Assembly: GCA_964579265.1 (NCBI GenBank)
Contig: CAZOFO010000008.1
Location: forward strand, 1 to 17,930
Source of the DNA: Candidatus Micrarchaeota archaeon
GTDB lineage: Archaea; B1Sed10-29
DNA length: 17,930 bases
Direction of reading: 5' to 3'
In this document: positions 7,478-16,033 of the stretch, in pieces
How the letters are laid out: the number at the start of each line of letters is the position of its first letter
Position numbering within the stretch: position 1 is the first letter of the stretch
The notes under the pieces: model-generated
Told to the model about the DNA's origin: nothing
What the model saw: only the letters and a program-made list of their open reading frames with translations
Databases searched by the model: none
Program-made: the position numbers and the translations under genes

Positions 7478-9136
7478 ATGAAGATGATAAAAGGTAAAAT
7501 AATCTTATCCATAGTCCTATTGTCACTTATATCTCCAGTGATGATAAGTAGTGATCCTGAAGTCGATACTGGACAAGCAATAAATATAACTCATGATTCA
7601 GCTGTTTTAGAAGGAGAATTAACTGATATAGGAGATGAAGATGAAGTAAATGTTTCATTTAGGTACAGAGAAGAGGAAGAAGGATGGCAGTACACTCCTA
7701 TAGAAGAATTAGATGAAGAAAAAGAGTTTAATGAAGAACTATCTTTTCTCAGCCACGATACCACCTATGAATTTGAAGCTTTAGTTGAATGGAACCAGGA
7801 AGAAAATACAGGAGGAATGGAATCCTTCACTACTCTGGAACTTATCCTACCTGAAATAAGCACAGGTTCTCCTACAAACACCACGCATGAATCCACTGTT
7901 TTGAGAGGAGAACTAGAAAGTCTAGGCGATGCAGAAGAAGTTAAAACCTACTTCAGGTATAGAGAGATAGAAGAAGAGGACTGGCGCGAAACACCTTTTG
8001 TCTCCCAGATGAGTTCTCCAGGTTCCTTCAAGTTCGAAGTGACGGATTTGGATCCGAATACTGAATACGAATTCATGTCTGTATATGATTGGGAAGGAAC
8101 TGAGGTTGGAGGATCTAAAAATACTTTCTGGACCTTTGAAGAAACAAGACCTTTAGTAGATACTCATCAAGCCACGGATATAGACTTTAACTCAGCGTTA
8201 CTGCAAGGAGAATTAACAGATTTGGGTTATGAAGATAGAGTAAATGTTTCTTTCCAGTATAGAGAAGAAGATGAAGAATGGAAGAGTACAGATAAAGAAG
8301 AAAAAGATGATACAGAAGTATTCCAAATAGAGGTGATGAATCTCGATCAAAGTACAACCTATGAATTCAGATCAGTAGTGGAGTGGAAAAGTGAAGATGA
8401 TGTAATGGAGAACATAGGCACTATAGAAACTTTCACCACTCCTGAAGAACCTGAGCCTGAAGTTCAAACCCTTACAGCTACAAATATAGGTTATACTTCG
8501 GCTTTGATTGAAGGTGCAATCCTAGAATTGGAAAGAGAAGGAATAGAAGCTTTCTTCAGATATAGAGCTGAAGGAGAGGGCTGGGAAAGAACGGTTTCAG
8601 TGGAAATGGATGAAGAAGCAGAATTTACTGAAAATCTAGAAAATCTTGAACCTGGAGAAGAATACGAGTTCCAAGCAGTGTTGAAATGGGAAGAAGAAGA
8701 GTTTACTGGAGAAACTGAAAACTTTAAAACATTAGGATCTCCTCTAATAAGAACTGTTTCAGTTGAAGATATCCTCAGCGAATCAGCCACCTTAAAAGGA
8801 AGATTAGTTGGTATAGAAGGACCTGAAGTAGAAGTGTTTTTTGAATACAAAGAAGAAGGAGATTTTAACTGGAGCAGTACGGATAGTAGAGTAATGGATG
8901 AACCAGGCAACTTTACCTTCGAGCTTGAAGATCTTTCTTCCAATTCTACTTATAGTTTCAGAGCAGTAGCTGAATACAATGGAGAGGAACAGAGATCGGA
9001 AGGAGATACCTTGGATTTTGAAACTTTGAAAAGAATAGAGGATCTTGAACCAGATTTACTTGATCTAACCTTTTTGATGTCCCTAATAGGAGTTGGAATA
9101 GTTTTAGTTATTGTAGAGAAGCGTAATCTACTGTGA
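7478..9136 (+). CDS. Cell-surface protein with five fibronectin type III-like repeats, signal peptide and C-terminal TM anchor
   Basis: Five ~100-aa units P.V.T..A..I...SA.L.G.L.......F.YR......W..T......F...L..L...T.YEF.A; very acidic; C-terminal hydrophobic helix followed by EKRNLL. Confidence 0.85.
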   Translation: MKMIKGKIILSIVLLSLISPVMISSDPEVDTGQAINITHDSAVLEGELTDIGDEDEVNVSFRYREEEEGWQYTPIEELDEEKEFNEELSFLSHDTTYEFEALVEWNQEENTGGMESFTTLELILPEISTGSPTNTTHESTVLRGELESLGDAEEVKTYFRYREIEEEDWRETPFVSQMSSPGSFKFEVTDLDPNTEYEFMSVYDWEGTEVGGSKNTFWTFEETRPLVDTHQATDIDFNSALLQGELTDLGYEDRVNVSFQYREEDEEWKSTDKEEKDDTEVFQIEVMNLDQSTTYEFRSVVEWKSEDDVMENIGTIETFTTPEEPEPEVQTLTATNIGYTSALIEGAILELEREGIEAFFRYRAEGEGWERTVSVEMDEEAEFTENLENLEPGEEYEFQAVLKWEEEEFTGETENFKTLGSPLIRTVSVEDILSESATLKGRLVGIEGPEVEVFFEYKEEGDFNWSSTDSRVMDEPGNFTFELEDLSSNSTYSFRAVAEYNGEEQRSEGDTLDFETLKRIEDLEPDLLDLTFLMSLIGVGIVLVIVEKRNLL

Positions 9137-9143
9137 TTTGTGT

Positions 9144-11057
9144 TTAGTTTTTTCTGTTATTCCAGAAACCTCTAACAATTTCTCCCGGTTCTTCAGTTAC
9201 TTCTATATCTGTTTTTTTAGGAAAACCTCTTGAATAGTTTTTCCACGTATATCTATTATCTAGATAAGCTATTACTCCTCTGTCTCTCTTATTCCTTATA
9301 CATCTTCCAGCTGCCTGTATTGATTTTGTCATAGCTGGGAATATGTATCCGTATTCCCATCCTTTACCGTATTTGTGGTCGTAGTAGTCGATTAGTGATT
9401 TTGTTTCTAGGTCCGGTTCTTTTAGAGGTATTCCTACTATTATGGCTCCCATTAGTTGTTGTCCTGGGAGGTCTATTCCTTCTCCGTAACTTCCTCCGCA
9501 GACTGCGGTTAGTAAAGCTCCTTTTTTGGATTTTGAATGGTTTTTAAATCTTTTGAGAGCTTGTTTTTTCTCTTTAGGGGAGTATTCTTTTTCTTGAATT
9601 ATTATTGGTTTATCTATTTTTCTTTTGAGGTATTCTTGTACTTTGTACATCACTTTGTAGGATGGGAAGAATACAGCGGTGTTTCCAGGTATTTCCACGG
9701 TTATTTCGGAGATTTTTTTAGCTATGTTCTGGTATTGTTCGGGGTTTCTTTCCGAATACTTCGTGGTAACGCTTGGGACTATTATTCTTTTTCTATTTTC
9801 TTCGGGGAACGGTGATTTGTATTCTCTTAGTTTTGTTTGGTTTTTTTCCAGTCCTATTAGGTCTCTATACATTTTTTGAGGTTTCATTGTTCCGGACATC
9901 ATTATTGTTGACTTTGTTTTGTTTACTATGTCTTTTGTGAATACTGAAGGATCTAGACATTTGTACTGTATTGATACTCCTTTTCCTGATTTCCATTTTT
10001 TCATTATTCTTATGAATGATTCTTTTTCTTCTGTCCATTTGTCGTAGAATTTTTTTATGGAGAGGCAGCTGCTTTTGCTTCTGTTGGTTTTTTCTATGTA
10101 GTTTTCTCCTGTTTTTTCTAGTTCTATTTTTGTTTCTTTGTCCGGTATTGGAATTTTATTTTTTGTTATTAGTTTTTCTTCTTTTTTATCCAGTTTTTTC
10201 GATTCTTTCTCTATTTTTCTCTTTATCCTGTCCAGTTTGTTCTTCAGTTCTTTTTCATTGAGGATTTCTGCTTCTTTTTTTGCTTTTTTGAATGAATAGC
10301 TTCCTATCTGGATAGATAATGAGTTTCTTATTCTGTCTGGAGCGTTGTGAGCTTCATCTATTATTAGTATTGAGTCTTCTATGCTTTTTCCAAGTCTCTG
10401 CATTAGTCCTTTGGATATGTATGGGTTCAGTACGTGGAAGTAGTCGCAAATGGTTATCTGTGACTTTTTACCCGCTTCTATGACTGCTTCATATCCGCAT
10501 GGTGGTTTGTCCATTTTCTCTATTTTCTGGGTTACTTCTTCGTTTGTCTTTCCTGTTCCGTACCATTCTAGAAATTTCTCCATTTTCTTGCTTGCTTTCT
10601 TCTTTTCTCTTGGTGAGTAGCCTACTGCGTAGGAGTAGAATGGGCATTTTTCTTTCTTTTTTTGTTTTTTACATAGTTCGTAGAACTCGTGGGAGGGAGC
10701 TTCCTTTAGGTTTTGATCTGAACATAGGTGTTTTTTTCCAACTAGGTCGATTGCTTTTACATCTAGGTCGTATTTTTCGTTCAGGTCCTTTGTTACTTTT
10801 AGAGCTATCTCGTGCTGTGAAATTTTTGGTGTAGCAAAAAATATGTTTTTTCCTGTTTCTACTGCTTGGGTTATTGCTGAGGATAGTACGGCATCTGTTT
10901 TTCCCAGCCCGGTTGGAGCGTGGGCTATTAGGTTTTTGTTTTCTTTTATGACTTGATAAGTATCTTTTACTAGTTCTTCTTGTTGTTCTCGGATTTTTTC
11001 GTGTCTAAAGTAGATGTGCTCCATTTTTTGCTTTTGAGATTTCTTCAATTTAATCAC
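9144..11057 (-). CDS. xpd: XPD/Rad3/DinG-family Fe-S DNA helicase
   Basis: Q motif (IREQQ), Walker A APTGLGKT, Fe-S cysteines (KHLC, YELC, KCPFY, PCGY), DEAHN, SGT, FFPSY, EGIDL and QAAGRCIR motifs. Confidence 0.93.
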   Translation of the reverse strand: MIKLKKSQKQKMEHIYFRHEKIREQQEELVKDTYQVIKENKNLIAHAPTGLGKTDAVLSSAITQAVETGKNIFFATPKISQHEIALKVTKDLNEKYDLDVKAIDLVGKKHLCSDQNLKEAPSHEFYELCKKQKKKEKCPFYSYAVGYSPREKKKASKKMEKFLEWYGTGKTNEEVTQKIEKMDKPPCGYEAVIEAGKKSQITICDYFHVLNPYISKGLMQRLGKSIEDSILIIDEAHNAPDRIRNSLSIQIGSYSFKKAKKEAEILNEKELKNKLDRIKRKIEKESKKLDKKEEKLITKNKIPIPDKETKIELEKTGENYIEKTNRSKSSCLSIKKFYDKWTEEKESFIRIMKKWKSGKGVSIQYKCLDPSVFTKDIVNKTKSTIMMSGTMKPQKMYRDLIGLEKNQTKLREYKSPFPEENRKRIIVPSVTTKYSERNPEQYQNIAKKISEITVEIPGNTAVFFPSYKVMYKVQEYLKRKIDKPIIIQEKEYSPKEKKQALKRFKNHSKSKKGALLTAVCGGSYGEGIDLPGQQLMGAIIVGIPLKEPDLETKSLIDYYDHKYGKGWEYGYIFPAMTKSIQAAGRCIRNKRDRGVIAYLDNRYTWKNYSRGFPKKTDIEVTEEPGEIVRGFWNNRKN

Positions 11058-11093
11058 TTTGGTATTTTTGGAAAAAGGAGTGGTTTATGGTTT

Positions 11094-11252
11094 TCATCTT
11101 AATTTATAGAGGTTGTTGAGTTTCTTTAGAAACATTCTGTGGTCTATTCCTTTTTCTTTACATCTTTTCTTTAGGTTTTCGAGTATTTCTTTTTCGTCTT
11201 CTGTTAGTTTCACTTTGTTCGAGTCTTTTAAGCTAAATTTCTCAAGTGCCAT
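11094..11252 (-). CDS. 52-aa hypothetical protein, possibly ribbon-helix-helix-like (below ORF-track cutoff)
   Basis: MALEKFSLKDSNKVKLTEDEKEILENLKKRCKEKGIDHRMFLKKLNNLYKLR; strong SD GGAGAGGTG upstream; A-rich codon usage like neighbouring genes. Confidence 0.75.
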   Translation of the reverse strand: MALEKFSLKDSNKVKLTEDEKEILENLKKRCKEKGIDHRMFLKKLNNLYKLR

Positions 11253-11290
11253 TAGTTGCACCTCTCCTGGGTTTTTTAAATGATTTGGGT

Positions 11291-11446
11291 TCAGTCTACT
11301 CTGACTAGGAATCCCTCTTCTTTCTTGAATCTGTGACTGGAGTTACTTGGGCAAACGTATTCTTCTCCTTGTTTTTCTAGAATTACGCTTTGACCTGTTT
11401 CAGCGAAACAGGCGGGACAAGCTTCTTTTCTTTCGGTTGTAGCCAT
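11291..11446 (-). CDS. 51-aa zinc-finger microprotein (CPxC...CPxxxxH)
   Basis: MATTERKEACPACFAETGQSVILEKQGEEYVCPSNSSHRFKKEEGFLVRVD; SD AGGTGG 4 nt upstream of ATG. Confidence 0.82.
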   Translation of the reverse strand: MATTERKEACPACFAETGQSVILEKQGEEYVCPSNSSHRFKKEEGFLVRVD

Positions 11447-11508
11447 TTTACCACCTGTTTATTTTTTGGTATCAGAGATATTTAATTGGATGGGTATTTT
11501 TCCCTTGT

Positions 11509-12798
11509 TTACTTTGGTCCTGTTCCCCATTTTCCTAGAGCTTTTTTCAGTTCTTTGTTTTCTTCTTTTTCAGCGTATTCTTTCGGGTTTATTCCTTTGA
11601 GTTTTGCTTCTACTGCTTGTCTCATTGCTTTTGCTCCTTTTCTAGATCCTTCTGGATGTCCGTGTACTCCTCCTCCTGCTTGTATTATTATGTCTTTGCC
11701 CATGAATCCTATTAATTCGTGGATTAGTCCTGGGTGCAGTCCTCCGCTTGATACTGGGAATGCTGGTTTGATATTGTGCCAGTCCATGGCTATTTTCTGG
11801 CTTTTTTCTTGAGGGGGTATATCATCTTTTTTTATCTCTTTTTCTTTCACGTTATCTTCTATCCATCTGACTTTTTGTTTTCCTCCTTCCATTTTACCTA
11901 CTGCGGTTCCAACGTGAAGTTGATCCACTCCTATTAGTCTGTATATCTGTCCTAGAGTCTGCATTGTTATACCGTGTTTTTCTTTTCTCGTCATTGCTGC
12001 GTGCATTGCTCTGTGAGCATGCATCACTAGTTCTGGTCCTTCTCTTCTCATTTCCTGTAGTGCTGAAAACCCGGTTGTCACTACATCTATCATCATGTAT
12101 CTTCCACCCTGTTCCTTTATTTCTTCTGCTCTCTCCATCATTTTGTTGGAAGTTGCTGTTATGTTGCACATGTATACTTTTTTCTCTCCTGTTTCTTCTT
12201 CTGCTCTGTCTCTTGCTGCTAAGGTTTCAGTTAATCTATCTTTGAATTGGTTGAATGGTTGGCTGGTGAGGTTTTCATCGTCCTTTACAACGTCACATCC
12301 TCCTTTCCAGGATTCTTCCGCTACTTCTGCATGTCCTTCGTGATCCAGACCAAGTTTGGGTTTCACTATGGTTCCGATTAATGGTCTTTCTGGAACTTCT
12401 ATGAGGTCTCTTACTCCTTCTATCCCGTATCTAGGTCCTTCGTATTTTTCCAGCATTTTTTCAGGTATTCCTAGATGAACTAGTCTCAAGTTCTTCACTG
12501 CTTTCATACCGAATATGTTTCCAGCTATTGAGCTCATTACTTGAGGAATATTATTTAATTCGAATAATTCAGGAGGGTAAGCTATCTTTACGTAAGGCTT
12601 GTTAATGTTGTAAACCCTTGCTTTTATTCTTTCTGCTCTTTCATTGATAGTTTCTATATGTGTCCAGGTTCCAACGCTGGATTCCTTTGCTACTTTACCT
12701 GCTGCTTCTCTAAAAGTGTTCCCTTCACCTGCTTCTACTCTAAATACTGCTTTAAGATCTTCTTCTTTTGGTTCGTAATTGTTATCTACAAATCTCAT
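11509..12798 (-). CDS. rbcL: Ribulose-1,5-bisphosphate carboxylase large subunit, archaeal form III
   Basis: ESSVGTW, SIAGNIFG, GTIVKPKLGL, catalytic KDDE, HAHRAMH, QLHVGTAVGKMEG, SSGGLH and GGGVHGHP: a full active-site set in 429 aa. No rbcS nearby. Confidence 0.96.
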   Translation of the reverse strand: MRFVDNNYEPKEEDLKAVFRVEAGEGNTFREAAGKVAKESSVGTWTHIETINERAERIKARVYNINKPYVKIAYPPELFELNNIPQVMSSIAGNIFGMKAVKNLRLVHLGIPEKMLEKYEGPRYGIEGVRDLIEVPERPLIGTIVKPKLGLDHEGHAEVAEESWKGGCDVVKDDENLTSQPFNQFKDRLTETLAARDRAEEETGEKKVYMCNITATSNKMMERAEEIKEQGGRYMMIDVVTTGFSALQEMRREGPELVMHAHRAMHAAMTRKEKHGITMQTLGQIYRLIGVDQLHVGTAVGKMEGGKQKVRWIEDNVKEKEIKKDDIPPQEKSQKIAMDWHNIKPAFPVSSGGLHPGLIHELIGFMGKDIIIQAGGGVHGHPEGSRKGAKAMRQAVEAKLKGINPKEYAEKEENKELKKALGKWGTGPK

Positions 12799-12815
12799 TT
12801 CTAATACCTCCTGGT

Positions 12816-12850
12816 TATAACTAATAGTGATTTAATATTTATAAGCTTTT
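12816..12850 (-). promoter_or_regulatory. rbcL promoter: BRE/TATA (AAAAGC TTATAAAT) followed by a TGM-like inverted repeat
   Basis: Minus-strand TATA at 12844..12837. TATAAC-TAATA-GTGATT at 12816-12832 matches TATCAC-N5-GTGATA at 10 of 12 positions. SD GGAGGT precedes ATG 12798. Confidence 0.5.
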
Positions 12851-12962
12851 AATGAATAGATTTATTAGGAATAGGTTTTTAATTACCTATGATCTTTAAA
12901 TAATAAGTAGGATTTAGTTAAATGATAAAAGATTTAAAAAAAATTAAAAAAGGTGTTTAAAT

Positions 12963-13667
12963 ATGGTTAGAGTAAAATCAGGCATACCGGGACTTGATGA
13001 GCTTCTCGATGGAGGATTTCTCGAAAGTTCAACTGTTTTGATTTCAGGAGGAGCAGGTACAGGTAAAACAATACTTTCTACAGAGTTCGCTTACAAAGGA
13101 GCAAAAGAGTACGATGAACCAGGAATATATATAACTCTAGAGGAAGGAGCCACCAATATATGGTGGAACATGAAGAACTTCAGATGGGACGTAACTAGAT
13201 TAGAACAAGAAGATATGCTTAAAATCTATAAAGTAGGTATGATAGAACCTCAAGATTTTGCAGATAGCTTTGAAAGAGAAATAAACAAAATAAAAAACAT
13301 GATAGATGATATGGATGCTAAAAGAATAGTTATAGATTCCACAACTGCTTTTGGTATGTGGATGGGTTCAAAACCTAAGATAAGGCATTCATTATTTAAA
13401 TTGAGTGAAGAACTGAAAGATATGGATGTAACAGCTCTACTAACAGCGGAAGCACCGGAATCAAAAAACGAATTCAGCAGATTCGGAGTAGAAGAATTCA
13501 TAACGGACGGAGTAATAGCACTCTACTTCAAACCACCGCAAAGAGCACTATTCGTCAGAAAAATGAGAGGTATCGACCACGACAAGAAGCCACATCCGTT
13601 CGAAATAACTTCTTCAGGAATAGAAATAGATTCAAAACAGGAAGTGCTCTGGGAAAGCCTCGAATGA
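12963..13667 (+). CDS. Single-domain KaiC-like (COG0467) RecA-superfamily ATPase
   Basis: SGIPGLDELLDGG, Walker A GGAGTGKT, TLEE, Walker B IVIDS, RFGVEEFITDG and RKMRG motifs. Confidence 0.92.
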   Translation: MVRVKSGIPGLDELLDGGFLESSTVLISGGAGTGKTILSTEFAYKGAKEYDEPGIYITLEEGATNIWWNMKNFRWDVTRLEQEDMLKIYKVGMIEPQDFADSFEREINKIKNMIDDMDAKRIVIDSTTAFGMWMGSKPKIRHSLFKLSEELKDMDVTALLTAEAPESKNEFSRFGVEEFITDGVIALYFKPPQRALFVRKMRGIDHDKKPHPFEITSSGIEIDSKQEVLWESLE

Positions 13668-13738
13668 ATAACCCAGTCTCAACAGGAACATCTTGAACCT
13701 TCAATATATAAAAAAGGTAAATATAGAGGTAAGTCTCT

Positions 13739-14584
13739 GTGAAAAAGACAAAAGCTTTTCTAAAACTAACAAGGCTAGGTCATGGATTATTTTTAGCTCT
13801 AGCTGTATTGATAGGTCAACTGGTAACCCAGGGGAATTTTCCCAGCTTAAATATAATTATACTTTCTATAATAACTCCAATAGCTATATCATCGGGAGCA
13901 TTCGCTATAAACGACTACATGGATTACGAAACTGATAAAGAAAATGAAAGAAAGGATAGGCCTCTTATATCCGGAGAGATAAATAGAAAAACTGCACTTT
14001 ATCTATCAATAATACTAATACCTGTAGGGATAATATCTTCTGCTTACATAAACACTGCTTCTCTAATAATAGCTATAATATTCTCAGGAATCAGCTACGC
14101 CTACTCCATTTACCTTAAAAAAATAGCTTTAATCGGAAACATATTCATAGCTGCTAGCATGACCATTCCATTTATATTTGGATCTTTAAACGTGTCAAAC
14201 ACTATCCCTGTATCAATATGGGTTCTCTCTACAATGGCCTTCCTTTCCGGAACAGGTAGAGAAATAGTTAAGTCGATTCAAGATATGGAAGGTGATCTAG
14301 AACAAGGTAGAAAAACCCTCCCAATAAAGATAGGTGAAAACCCATCCAAATACATAGCCACATCATTAATACTACTAGCTATCTTCATCTCACCCTACCC
14401 CTACCTGAATGTTTCCGGATACATAGGAAGCGACATCTACCTCGCTGCAGTTGCAATAGCAAACCTCGCCTTCTTCACCTCACTATACACTTTATTCAAA
14501 GAAAAAAACTACGATTCATTCAGAAGGGAAACTTACATAGCGATGGGAATAGGATTGATAGCTTTTCTCCTACCCGTTTTATGA
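13739..14584 (+). CDS. UbiA-family prenyltransferase, likely digeranylgeranylglyceryl-phosphate (DGGGP) synthase
   Basis: NDYMDYETDKENERKDRPLISG, YSIYLKK..LIGN and REIVKSIQDMEGD..GRKTLP motifs; multiple TM helices; GTG start. Confidence 0.88.
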   Translation: MKKTKAFLKLTRLGHGLFLALAVLIGQLVTQGNFPSLNIIILSIITPIAISSGAFAINDYMDYETDKENERKDRPLISGEINRKTALYLSIILIPVGIISSAYINTASLIIAIIFSGISYAYSIYLKKIALIGNIFIAASMTIPFIFGSLNVSNTIPVSIWVLSTMAFLSGTGREIVKSIQDMEGDLEQGRKTLPIKIGENPSKYIATSLILLAIFISPYPYLNVSGYIGSDIYLAAVAIANLAFFTSLYTLFKEKNYDSFRRETYIAMGIGLIAFLLPVL

Positions 14585-14655
14585 ATCCCTCTATACCTTA
14601 AAAATTGCTAAATCTTTTTATTCAAGAACCTCCTTTTCATAGATGGTGACGCGTA

Positions 14656-15471
14656 GTGAAAAAAGAAATAAAATCCCCTCCAATGGAGGGAACTGAGGAG
14701 GACCTGAATCTAGAAGAAATCTCACCAGAAGAGATAAACCTAGAGGAAATAGCCAAGAGACACGACTGGAGAGAAATACTCAAAGAAATAGTTGAAAAAG
14801 AGGACATGGATCCATGGGACATAAAACTCTCAAGGCTAGTGGAAGAATACATACAAACCATTAGAAAAATGCAGAAAATGGACTTCAAAGTACCTGCCAA
14901 CGCAATGCTCGCTAGCTCCATACTACTAAGAAAAAAAAGCAGTTCCTGGATCATAAAAGAAGAAGACGAACCTGAAAAAGACTTCAAGTACTGGGAAGAG
15001 ATACCTACAACTCCAGATCAAATACCACCGCCCAGAGAGGAAATACCAGAACCCAAACCCAAGAAGAGGAAGACAAAGAGAAAAGTATCACTAGACGAGC
15101 TAATAGACGCTGTAGAGGATGTTATAGATAAAGAAAAACAGAAAGCAAGAAAAAAAGCCAAGGAAGAATCCAAGGAAAAACAAAAAGGACAGGATCTAGT
15201 ACCAGATCAGCTTCTTGAAATGGCTAAAAAAACCACAAAAAACTTTGAAGAAAAAACAGAAGAACTGGAAAATAAAATAGAACAAAAAATAGACGATGAA
15301 AACCTCACAACCTTTACAGAACTAATAGAGGAAAACGAAAACCAGGAAAAAGGAGAAAGAGAAATAGTAAACACCTTCATACCACTACTGCACCTCGCCA
15401 ACCAAGGTAGAATCTCTGTATGGCAAGAAGAAATATTTGGAGAGATATTCATACATTACCCAGAGGATTGA
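14656..15471 (+). CDS. scpA: Segregation and condensation protein A (kleisin)
   Basis: MDPWDIKL...Y, A.AMLASSILLRKKS, RKVSLDELIDA, and C-terminal FIPLLHLANQGRISVWQEEIFGEI. Confidence 0.93.
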   Translation: MKKEIKSPPMEGTEEDLNLEEISPEEINLEEIAKRHDWREILKEIVEKEDMDPWDIKLSRLVEEYIQTIRKMQKMDFKVPANAMLASSILLRKKSSSWIIKEEDEPEKDFKYWEEIPTTPDQIPPPREEIPEPKPKKRKTKRKVSLDELIDAVEDVIDKEKQKARKKAKEESKEKQKGQDLVPDQLLEMAKKTTKNFEEKTEELENKIEQKIDDENLTTFTELIEENENQEKGEREIVNTFIPLLHLANQGRISVWQEEIFGEIFIHYPED

Positions 15472-15501
15472 AAACTCAAAAGACCGAAGGAGGAAAACAG
15501 A

Positions 15502-16002
15502 ATGCAGAAAAATAAAGAAAAAGAAACAATGAAAACAATAGAAGCAGCATTATTCATGTCACCGGATCCTCTAACAGTCGATAAACTAAAAAATATAGCT
15601 GCAGTGGACTATTCAAAAGCAATAAAATCTCTAGAAAGGCTAGAGGAGAAATATGAGGAAAGAGAAACAGCATTAAAAATAAATAAAACAGGTAAAAAAT
15701 ATGAATTAACTCTAAAAGATCCTTATTTCGATCAAGTAGGTCATCTAGCCACTGATCCTGATCTACAAAAAGCAGAACTAAGAACTTTAGGACTAATAGC
15801 AATGAGACAACCTATAAAACAAAGTAAAATAGCTAAGATAATAGGTAATAAGGCCTACAGGTATATAGGAGAACTTGAAAGAAAAGGATTTGTAGAGACA
15901 GTGAAAAAAGACCAAACAAAGGAAATAAAGACAACTGAAAAATTCAAGAAATACTATGAGGAAAAGCCCGAGAACTTGAAGAAAAAAATAAATAAAAAAT
16001 AA
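15502..16002 (+). CDS. scpB: Segregation and condensation protein B
   Basis: IEAALFMSPDPL, LRTLGLIAMRQPIKQS and TTEKFKKY motifs; immediately downstream of scpA. Confidence 0.93.
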   Translation: MQKNKEKETMKTIEAALFMSPDPLTVDKLKNIAAVDYSKAIKSLERLEEKYEERETALKINKTGKKYELTLKDPYFDQVGHLATDPDLQKAELRTLGLIAMRQPIKQSKIAKIIGNKAYRYIGELERKGFVETVKKDQTKEIKTTEKFKKYYEEKPENLKKKINKK

Positions 16003-16033
16003 TTCTATCTGGAAAAATCTTTAAAAAATGTTT

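Noticed and set aside
11509..12798. Autotrophic Calvin cycle, or a RuBisCO-like protein (form IV)
   Set aside because: No prk or rbcS is present in the window, and the intact active-site residues argue against form IV.
12870..12889. Inverted repeat ATAGGT-N8-ACCTAT in the rbcL/kaiC-like intergenic region
   Set aside because: The arms are only 6 bp in AT-rich DNA, with no matching known motif and no second copy seen.
12963..13667. Circadian clock KaiC or RadA/RadB recombinase
   Set aside because: It has a single domain, no S/T phosphosite pair and no kaiB nearby; its motifs fit COG0467 rather than RadA/RadB.
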